Virus record (IMG/VR): IMGVR_UViG_3300046820_001062
Coordinates: 1-64,000 of that record
Reading direction: 5' to 3' (one strand)
Source of the DNA: a virus
Length of the DNA: 64,000 nt
Every line of letters begins with the position of its first letter. The stretch's first letter is position 1. A program made the position numbers and the translations under genes. Of this stretch, positions 46,399 to 55,500 are shown piece after piece. The notes under the pieces were generated by a model. That model searched no databases. It had not been told where the DNA came from and saw only the letters and a program-made list of their open reading frames with translations.

Positions 46399-49023
46399 TT
46401 ATTGTCCTAATTCGTATTGTTTTCTCATATTGATGTAGTTATCAAAAGTTGAGTTAATTATCTCATTAGCTTTTAATAAACTGTTTACATCACCTGGTCT
46501 AAAAGGAATATATGATATTTTTTGCTCACGCTGTTTAGTTTGTGGATTGTAAATATCCATATTAAAAAGCAAAACAGGATTACCAGATGCATCTTGAGAA
46601 CCTTGGAGATTGTAATCAAAGTCATATCCTTTAAATGACTGTTCACCTTTCACATTAGCACCAGGATTAGTTAAGAACTCATCTAATAAACCTAATGACT
46701 GTGAAGATACAGAATTAATAGTTGCATATCTATTGATTCTACCCAATGCACTATTTGCACTTGCAGATTCATAAGGTAATACAAAGGTTAATGTACCTGG
46801 ATTTTTGATTCCAATCTTTTTACCAATTGGTGACTTCTGAGAAATGTTAACTTGAATATTTGCATTTTGACCATCATAACTAACAATAGCTTGATCCCCA
46901 AATAGGTCTGCTAAATCTGAAGTATTAAGATTTCTCAAAACACTCATATCAATTGTTGAACCATCAGATGATGTAATTGATTTAACAGCATATGGATTTC
47001 TAACCAATGTTTCAATTTCAGCAGCATTTAATTTGCTAAACTTGTAATTATTAGTTACAGGTCTTGTTCTACCTGCATATTCTGAAGTAACCAAAGTACC
47101 TAATCTTTCTTTTGCAGCAGGAGTTAAGTTTGTTAAATCTAAATCATAAGCTCCGTTAGCAAGTCTTCCTCTAATGACTGCACCTGCGTATTGTGATTTA
47201 ATTTTTCCGTCAGCATCCACAACTTCTTGAGATAATCTCAACATGTTTTTGTTAAGATTAATTCTTTCTGATTCTAATGTTTTAAAAGCATTTGATGCAC
47301 CTCTGAAACTTTCTACATATTTAGCAGAATCACCTGTTTTGTGCAACCTTGAATAAATTGGAAGTTTTTCAGTTGCTGCTTTGTAAGTATAACCAGCTAA
47401 TCCATCAACCAATCCAATAGCTTGTGCAGCTGTTGTTGGAGGTTGAATATTAATGCCTAGTTTATCACCAAACATTTTTAGAGTAGCTTTATCTTCTGCT
47501 GTCAAAGTAATTTTTTGACCAGCACCCATTTGTTTAATTCTGTTTATGGTATTATAAACATCAGAGTATGCTTTAGCATCTTCATTCAATACAAGTTTAA
47601 CCAAACCATTTTCTGCATTAAACGCTGTTGCAAAAGCTTTCTCTCTATTTACATTCATGCCTTTAGAAACAAGTTCAGCTCCACTTTGTGGTGTACCTAA
47701 ACCTTGTCCAATAAACTCTTCTGATGGTAGGTATCCTTTACCTTTTAATTCCATCATTTTAAGTTCAGTGGTAATACCAAACTTTTCTTTATCCCAAGCA
47801 AGTTTTTGTCCTTGCATTGCTAAGTTTGCTGCAGCAATTCTTTCACTAGATGCAATATGTGCTTTTGTAGCCCAAGTTGTATCTCCTCTATATTCAATAG
47901 ATTGTTTTGCAGTTGCAAATGTATTACCAAATACTTGTGCTGTATTTTCTCTTGCTTCTCTTGTAAACAAAGAATAAAGATTTGATGCTACATATTGTGG
48001 TCCTTCCTGTTGCATTTTTGCAATATCTGATTTAGAACCATCAAGTGTATTTTTATAATCATCTCTCTTTTTAAGCAATTCTTGGTAATCATCTTTAATG
48101 TGAGGCAATGATGGAGGAAATCCATTAGGATATTTCTTCTCATACAAAGCTATTTCATCATCAAGTTTTTTAAGTTCTTTATCTGCAGTTATTCCTTGTG
48201 TTGCAACCTTTTCATTTATAACTGGAAGTAGTTTCTCAGAAACTCTTTTAACAGCTTCTTCTCGTGAAATACCACTTGCAGACATTTCATTTCTTATTGT
48301 TGTTTCAGCTGCAACACGTCCCATTACTTGAAACTGTCTATCAAATCTGGTTCCCATTGTAGCTTTAGCCCACTCACTAAAAATAGGAGCAACGCCTGCA
48401 CCATTTACACGCTTAATTATATAACCTTTTCCATCAGGAGTAGCTTGTGTAATTTCTAAACCTTGTTCTTTTGCAGCTTTTCTAAGATACTCCATTGTAT
48501 CTTCAAAGGGAACAAACTCACGTGGTTGTACACTTTGCAATGAACCATCTCCTCTTTTAGCATTTCTCAAATCTTCTTCAGCAAAAGCAATATCCATTTT
48601 GCTATAGTCACTATACATAGCACGTATTTTTGGATCAGTACTATTTTTATACTGGTCCATCTTTTGTTTTTGTGCTTGATGGAATCTAGTTACTGCCATA
48701 TCATATGCTAAATCTTGATCCTGAGAAATAGGATCAATTAGACTTTGTGCACGCATGATATTGGTAGGATTAGAAAGGTCAACATTAGAAACACTTTTTA
48801 ATGCTCCTTGTAATTTCTTGAAAGCTTCTTGTCTAAACGATTCATTGTCTGAATTTGTCAATGAGCTATTCAAAACAGAATTGTAAAGATTTTTGACCAT
48901 GCTAAAACCACGATCATATTCAGCCTGTCTTGTGCCATATACCTGAGTCAAAAACTGATAATCAGGTTTGTACAACTGCATTGGACCAAATTGATCAGTA
49001 AGTCCTTTTATAAATGTTGCCAT
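46399..49023 (-). CDS. Virion cargo protein (874 aa)
   Basis: Cys-free, helical N-terminal half (MATFIKG...PDYQFL...QAEYD); position in the crAss-like cargo block. Confidence 0.7.
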   Translation of the reverse strand: MATFIKGLTDQFGPMQLYKPDYQFLTQVYGTRQAEYDRGFSMVKNLYNSVLNSSLTNSDNESFRQEAFKKLQGALKSVSNVDLSNPTNIMRAQSLIDPISQDQDLAYDMAVTRFHQAQKQKMDQYKNSTDPKIRAMYSDYSKMDIAFAEEDLRNAKRGDGSLQSVQPREFVPFEDTMEYLRKAAKEQGLEITQATPDGKGYIIKRVNGAGVAPIFSEWAKATMGTRFDRQFQVMGRVAAETTIRNEMSASGISREEAVKRVSEKLLPVINEKVATQGITADKELKKLDDEIALYEKKYPNGFPPSLPHIKDDYQELLKKRDDYKNTLDGSKSDIAKMQQEGPQYVASNLYSLFTREARENTAQVFGNTFATAKQSIEYRGDTTWATKAHIASSERIAAANLAMQGQKLAWDKEKFGITTELKMMELKGKGYLPSEEFIGQGLGTPQSGAELVSKGMNVNREKAFATAFNAENGLVKLVLNEDAKAYSDVYNTINRIKQMGAGQKITLTAEDKATLKMFGDKLGINIQPPTTAAQAIGLVDGLAGYTYKAATEKLPIYSRLHKTGDSAKYVESFRGASNAFKTLESERINLNKNMLRLSQEVVDADGKIKSQYAGAVIRGRLANGAYDLDLTNLTPAAKERLGTLVTSEYAGRTRPVTNNYKFSKLNAAEIETLVRNPYAVKSITSSDGSTIDMSVLRNLNTSDLADLFGDQAIVSYDGQNANIQVNISQKSPIGKKIGIKNPGTLTFVLPYESASANSALGRINRYATINSVSSQSLGLLDEFLTNPGANVKGEQSFKGYDFDYNLQGSQDASGNPVLLFNMDIYNPQTKQREQKISYIPFRPGDVNSLLKANEIINSTFDNYINMRKQYELGQ

Positions 49024-49052
49024 GTGATATTTCTACTTTACTTTTAATTAAA

Positions 49053-52000
49053 TTATTGTTCTTCCCAAGGAGTAGCGTTAAAAGATGCTGGTAAGGTTGA
49101 ACCACTCATGTATGCTTGTTGAAAATTATTTCTCCATGTAGGTGTTTGTTTTGCAGTTTGCAAATACATATTAGACACCTGATCTGCATATTTTCTTGCA
49201 CTTTCTTCTCCTCTTGTTCCAACAGCTTCATCATATGCTTGCTTCCATGCTGCATTTGCAGTTTGTGTCATTGCAGCTGGGTTATATCCAGTCCCAACAC
49301 CACCTCTTCCTGCACCATATGGATTTTGATATACGTCAGGAGCCATACCAGTTCCTTCATCACCAAACATTTGTCTACCTTGCCCAGAAAAATCTACATC
49401 ACCTAAAATAGGATCAATATAAACTTGCGGGAATAATACATTCTCCATTTGTTTTTTTCTGAACCAGTTAGTTGTTCCATTATTAAATGCTGCAATTTCT
49501 CTCCATTTCTTTTGTTGTAAAGCATTGTCATATTGTTGATTCATGGTTGCCATGTCTTCAACATATTTTTGACGTGCTGTTTCATTACCAACAATTTCTT
49601 GGTTTTGAACTTGTGCACTATTATTGTAAGCTTGATTTACAATTCCAATATTTGCAGCCTCTGTTGTATCTAAAACATTTGCAGCATTAGCAAATCCTTC
49701 TCCAGATGCACCAAGCATTGTTGCTAGTCCCACATTACCATCAGCAGTATTCTCTACTTGATTTTGGTATCTTGCCATCTGTTCTTGATTAGCAGCAAGT
49801 TTTCTTGTAGGATCTAATAAGTCATATCCAGGTGTAACTAAATCAATTTTACCTTGTGTAGGTTCATAACGATTTACTTGATCTGTTACTGTACCAACAT
49901 AGTTTACAATGTCTTGTAGCCACCAAGGTCCTTCTTTTTTAGGTTGCTTTTCAAAAGTTTTAGTAGGAGTACTAATACATTGACCATCAACAACACCTTT
50001 ATCTTTTGAAGCAGCACCTACAGCTTTAATATTTGAACCAGAAGGTGCAACAGGTTGTTCACCTGTTTTATGAGAAACAGAAACAACATTCTTAGTACCA
50101 TCTGTATACTCAACACAGAAATAAGCAACTTCTTGTCCAGGTTGTTCTGGTGGTTTTGGAGCATCAAAAAATCTAGGTACAGAATAAGTTACTTGTCCAA
50201 ACTTAGAATCTCTATAATAAGGATTGTCTTCTTTTTTACCTTGACCTAGTGGTGTAAAGTATGGAACACCAAACTGCTTCATTGATTTTTCATTGATAGC
50301 ATCTTGGAACCAACCTGAAGCTTTATCTCCAGTAGCTTTTCCTGCTTTTAAATCTTTTTGAAATTGAGCAAAACCTCCAGCATATTGAGCATCAATCCAG
50401 TCACCATGTCTTCTTTGAAAATCAGACCATTCTTGTGGAGATAAATCTCCTGACTGTCTTGCTGCTGCATTACCAGATGATAAATAAATACCAGTACCTT
50501 TTACATTAGGTTGATTAGCAAATGAACCAAAGTTTGTTTCTGTATATAATACATTAGGGGAACCAGCTAAAATCTTATTAATGTTGGTAGAACCATATTG
50601 TTCAAATTGAGTATCAGTTCTAGGACCAGACATAATGATTGTACCATTGGCATCTTTCATTATTTTAGTTGCTCCTTTGTAGAAAAGATATCTTACTTCA
50701 CCTTTATCATTTGTAACAGTACCAACAGCAATTTCTTTATTTGGATCAATACGTTGATTACCAGCAGCTTGTGCTTGTTGCTGTGTTCCAACAGTAGTAT
50801 TTAATGTACCTGGTTGTGTTTGTTGAGGAGTACCTTGAACTGTTCCAGCATCTTGATACTGATTCAGTGTAGAACCACCATATCTAAATGATTTAAAAAT
50901 ATCAGCGTCACTTTTACCATTTACATTTTGTACTGGTGCTTTTTTAACTGGTTGTTCTGTCTCAGTTTTTGTTTTTGGTGGTGTTTCAGGTTTGTTTCCT
51001 GACACTTGCTTATTTAAATTAGCAACACTTTCAGAATTTGTTACATCACCCGTATTGCCACTTGTGTCTACATATGTCCATCCAGTTGATGAATTAGCAT
51101 CTTTATAGTAAGTGTATTTATCTCTACCAGCAATTTTATATTCTGTTCCAGTTGGTTTTGCTTTTTCAGTAATTCCATTACCATAAGGACCATATGCATC
51201 TGTTGTATTACCTGTTGCTTGTGCTGCAGGTTTTTGATTCATCCAATCCTTTTTAAAAGTAGCTAAAGGAATTACCTTGTAACCTCCATAAGTATCTGCA
51301 TATGAACCAATATTTTTATCAGGGTCTGAAATTTGTTTTACCTGTACAACAGCTCCGTCACTATCTGTTAATTTATTTTGAGTGACTTTATACTTTTTGT
51401 TACCTACTGTATAAACATCTCCAATTTTTGGCATTGTAGGATCTACAACTGGTTGTGTTGAAGCTGGTGCTGTAGCACTGTAATTTAAAGTATAGTATTT
51501 ATTACCTTGACCTGGAAGTGATACTGCTTGATTCATCCAACCCAAGTTTTTTATACTTGTGTAATAGTCAGGATCAATTAAAGCTTGACCTGCGTTATAA
51601 CCCAAATCAAGTTTTCCATTTTTTTGCATTTCAAGATAATCCTTTAAAGGAAGTTCTGTTATGGTGTCGCCATTTGATAGTTTAATAGCTTTATCAAAAG
51701 TTACCCATTCATCAGAACCTGCACCTGCAGTATCCCAAAAACCTTCATAACGTGATTTAATTTTGTATTCTTTACCATCAATGTAAAACTTCTCACCTAC
51801 TTTACCACCATTTTGATAATTTCTAACAAAGCCACCACGTTTCATTTCTTCTTGTCCTTCAAGAACTTCATGAGCAACACCTTCACTTTTTTCCATACCA
51901 GGCATTTGTGCACCTTGTAAACCAGCCATTACAGATTCAGCAATAGCAGGAACACCATCAGGAAATCCTTTCATTGATTCCTGTACTAAAGCAAGCATAC

Positions 52001-52493
52001 CCAATTTTTGAGTATTCTTTTTTAGCATTTCAGCAGCAGAACGTTTTTGAATAGCATCAGTGTCATCACTTTTTAAGTCTTGAACATACTGATTAATTTG
52101 ATATTTCTTTGCAATTTCCGCAGGAGTGTATCCACCTTTCTTTTCCTTCAATCCAAAAATAGTCTCAAGAACTTCTTTGTCTTTGATTCTTAATTTTTTA
52201 GTATCAGAAAATATAAAGGAACCTTCAGGAATATTTACAGGCATACCACCTTTAGAGTGACGTTTTCCAACAAATGTAAATTGTTCTAGAAAACCATCTC
52301 TATTGATATCACCAACTACTGTTTCACCACCCTCTACTTCAATGTTTGCTTCTTCTTTAGGAACAGCACCCATAGTATTTTTAACATTACTTGTGCCTTC
52401 ACCAGAATTAGTGAAACTAACATTTCTACCAACTAAACTATAATCTTGTTGGTCTCCAGGTTTTGGTGCTTTTTTGATTCTAATCTTTTGCAT
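49053..52493 (-). CDS. Virion cargo protein (1146 aa) with xxxGG-bounded variable cassettes
   Basis: N-terminal NIEVEGGETV...GKRHSKGG...GSFIFSD block; motif pairs MKRGG/YQNGG and FRYGG/YQDAG; C-terminal WWLQD...Q-rich helix. Confidence 0.75.
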   Translation of the reverse strand: MQKIRIKKAPKPGDQQDYSLVGRNVSFTNSGEGTSNVKNTMGAVPKEEANIEVEGGETVVGDINRDGFLEQFTFVGKRHSKGGMPVNIPEGSFIFSDTKKLRIKDKEVLETIFGLKEKKGGYTPAEIAKKYQINQYVQDLKSDDTDAIQKRSAAEMLKKNTQKLGMLALVQESMKGFPDGVPAIAESVMAGLQGAQMPGMEKSEGVAHEVLEGQEEMKRGGFVRNYQNGGKVGEKFYIDGKEYKIKSRYEGFWDTAGAGSDEWVTFDKAIKLSNGDTITELPLKDYLEMQKNGKLDLGYNAGQALIDPDYYTSIKNLGWMNQAVSLPGQGNKYYTLNYSATAPASTQPVVDPTMPKIGDVYTVGNKKYKVTQNKLTDSDGAVVQVKQISDPDKNIGSYADTYGGYKVIPLATFKKDWMNQKPAAQATGNTTDAYGPYGNGITEKAKPTGTEYKIAGRDKYTYYKDANSSTGWTYVDTSGNTGDVTNSESVANLNKQVSGNKPETPPKTKTETEQPVKKAPVQNVNGKSDADIFKSFRYGGSTLNQYQDAGTVQGTPQQTQPGTLNTTVGTQQQAQAAGNQRIDPNKEIAVGTVTNDKGEVRYLFYKGATKIMKDANGTIIMSGPRTDTQFEQYGSTNINKILAGSPNVLYTETNFGSFANQPNVKGTGIYLSSGNAAARQSGDLSPQEWSDFQRRHGDWIDAQYAGGFAQFQKDLKAGKATGDKASGWFQDAINEKSMKQFGVPYFTPLGQGKKEDNPYYRDSKFGQVTYSVPRFFDAPKPPEQPGQEVAYFCVEYTDGTKNVVSVSHKTGEQPVAPSGSNIKAVGAASKDKGVVDGQCISTPTKTFEKQPKKEGPWWLQDIVNYVGTVTDQVNRYEPTQGKIDLVTPGYDLLDPTRKLAANQEQMARYQNQVENTADGNVGLATMLGASGEGFANAANVLDTTEAANIGIVNQAYNNSAQVQNQEIVGNETARQKYVEDMATMNQQYDNALQQKKWREIAAFNNGTTNWFRKKQMENVLFPQVYIDPILGDVDFSGQGRQMFGDEGTGMAPDVYQNPYGAGRGGVGTGYNPAAMTQTANAAWKQAYDEAVGTRGEESARKYADQVSNMYLQTAKQTPTWRNNFQQAYMSGSTLPASFNATPWEEQ

Positions 52494-52534
52494 AATAAAC
52501 TTGTGAAGTTTAAACTTTATTATATGGTAAACCT

Positions 52535-52559
52535 CCTACATTTAGAATTTACAAATTTA
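52535..52559 (-). promoter_or_regulatory. Candidate phage promoter motif copy D overlapping a TAnnTTTG element
   Basis: Minus strand TAAATTTGTAAATTCTAAATGTAGG; 17/21 identical to copy B. Confidence 0.55.
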
Positions 52560-52599
52560 ATTTGATTTTTCCAATTTTAGAAGGGTTTTTCTATGTTTT

Positions 52600-55500
52600 T
52601 TAGTCAAGATATTCTATCTCTCCTCCCATTGCAAGAATGCGCTTAATCTCTTCTTCATCAGCATAAAACTCACCGCCTTCAGCATAGTGTCTAGTTGCTG
52701 GAATGAAAGGAATTAAACCACCATATCTAGCAGATGACATCTTAGTTCCAAAGTCTTGAATAGGGGTATTGGCAACTAAACCAAAATTAGAAGCAGGTCC
52801 TGCGTTTAATGTGTAATTACCAAAAGGATTAATAGCATTTTGAGGATTGTATCTGTTCATTGTGTTGCCAATTTCCTTCAATCTTTGTTCATATTCTTTT
52901 TGATAATCTTTAGCACCAAGTACTTGATTAACCATTCCTAATCCAGCAAGTGCATTATTAGCAGCAACAATACCTGCAGTATCACCACGTTTTGTTTGAG
53001 TAAATCCATTTGCTGTTGGTGAAGTAGTTCCAGGTTGTGCATTACCACCAGGTGTTTGAGCTGTTTCTACACCTCCCACACTTGTAGCTGTTGCAGGTGT
53101 GTTTGCAGCTTTAAAGCCAGCAAGATACTGCTGATAATCATTCATATCTCTACCTTCTTCACCCATAAGACCTCTACCATTTTGAGCCATCCATTCATCA
53201 TATGTTAATGGTGTATCACCACCATCTTGATATCTACGCATAGTACCACCATATCTAGCTAAATTCTCATAAGAAGGACCAGATGGATATCCACCATCAA
53301 AATCACCAGGACCCATAGGACCTGAAGGAATCATGTTATCTTTTCTTCTTTTCTCATTAAGAGGAGAATCCTGATACATTTCAGGAGATGACCAATCTTT
53401 CATAATAGCATCTTGTTTTTCTTTTCTTGCTTGTATTACATCTTGAAGTTTACCTGATTCTTGTGTTTCAGGGTTTACAACATATTCTGTGGTCTTTGGT
53501 TTTGCAAACAACTTCTCATAACCAAGAACTGCACCAGATAATCCAGCAGCAGCGCCAGCAATGCCTTTTACTGTACCAAGCAAACCTTTGTTAGGTAAAG
53601 CCCAAACCATTGATCTTGGATCTCCAAGTGAATTTGCTGCAGCCAAGCCTCTGTTCCAAGAATTATTCTTTAATGAATTAAGAGTATGTGATTCAGTTAC
53701 ATCAGTTCTTTGATCTCCTGCTGTATATGTATCATAATCATATGCTCCACCATCTTGCATTTTAGTTTTAGCCATTTCTAAAAACTTTTGCAAATCATAC
53801 TTAACACCTTCACGTTCAAAATCAGCCATCATGTTTTTAGCAATTTTTTGCCTGTTCTGTGGATCATTAACTTGTGTCAAGATATTTGCAATTCCTTCTA
53901 CCATTTCAACATCGTTTTCACCACCTTCTGCCCATGTACCAAAACGTTTATGCCAGTATAATGGACTGAATGGATCTTTTGCTTTTGCAGAATCTCTTCC
54001 ACCCATTCTATCCCAGAATCTGTCTTTGCGTTTCTCAGAACCATGTTGTTTAAAATCTTGCATTCCTTTCCATCCGCCATGCACCACTTTATACTGATCA
54101 CCTTTCTTTGCAAGAACCATCCATTTTTTACCAGGACGTGTTGACTGTTTTTTAACACCAACTTTTGTAAAGCCCATATTCTTATAGCGTGAAGGAATAG
54201 TTCCTCCTTCTGCCATTTCATAAAGTTGACCACCAAGTTCTTTTGCAAAGTTTCTAGCAAAGTTTGCTTTCTTAACCATTTCAGGTGAGTACTCTTCTTT
54301 ATTATTTAAAATATGTTCAGCAGCTTCTTGCACAGACATTCCCATTTTAGTTGCTTGTGCTTTAAATGTACCTTTTTTTCTAGGGTTTATTTTAATACCA
54401 CCATATTTCATTTCATCATCTGACTCTAATAATTCAGAAGAAGTATCTTCAATGTCTTCTGTATCTAAAGGAACATCTTCTTCTTCCATATCAGATTCTG
54501 CAATATCATTCATTGCTGATTGAATTATTCCTTGTCCTTGTTCTTCTGACAAACCTTGTTCCATTAACATCTTAAGAATATCATCAGGATTAGTTCCACC
54601 TTCTAACATCATGGAGATTTCTCCTAATGCATCATCAATATTTCCTGTCTTTTGTGATTCTTCAGATTCTTGTTGTTGAGGTTGCATTTCTCCACCATAT
54701 TGTTTTACATAGAAACCACCATCTGGTGCAGGCGCCCATGATTCACCACTTGCTAAAAATTCTTGATAGTTTGCAGGATTATTAGGATTACCAGAAGTAG
54801 CTACAGGTTTTCTTACTTGTGCAGCAATCTCTTGTTTCTTTCTAGCTAACATTGCCTCATCAAAAGCTTGTTGTTGTTGTGCTGTTGCGTTATCATAGTT
54901 TACAAACTTTTTAAGATTATCTGCTTGAGGTCCTGCAAAGTTTCTATTTGCAGATGCAAAATCAGAACCATAATCAGTTCTTACACCATTAATCTCAGTA
55001 CTAACTTTTGGTACCATTTGATTAAGAGTTTTTAATCCTAAGAATCCATCTACTCTAGAGATACCATTCTTAAAACTATTTGCTGTTTTAACACCCATTT
55101 GACCAGATGCAGTATTACCTGCAGCCATGTTTAAAAAGTAAGATTGATAGTCTTTTACTTTGTTACTATCAATTGCAGCATTAGGATTTTCTTGATTGTA
55201 TTTTTTAATCAATTCATATCCTAGTTTTTTATCATGATTGTATCTATCATCAGAAGCAGCACCACTTTTCTTTGCATACTTTACAAACTGATTCCAATTA
55301 TTAAGATCTTGTGGAGACAATGAATTTGTTTCAGGTTCTCCACCATATTCCATTTGACCACCACATTCCATACAACCACCATTCATCATTTCTGGAATAT
55401 AACCACCAAATGCATAATCACTTACTTCCATACCAAATTCTGCTTTTCTCCAGCTTCCACCTTTTTCTTTATACCATTTTGCAGCATAACCATTTGCGTA

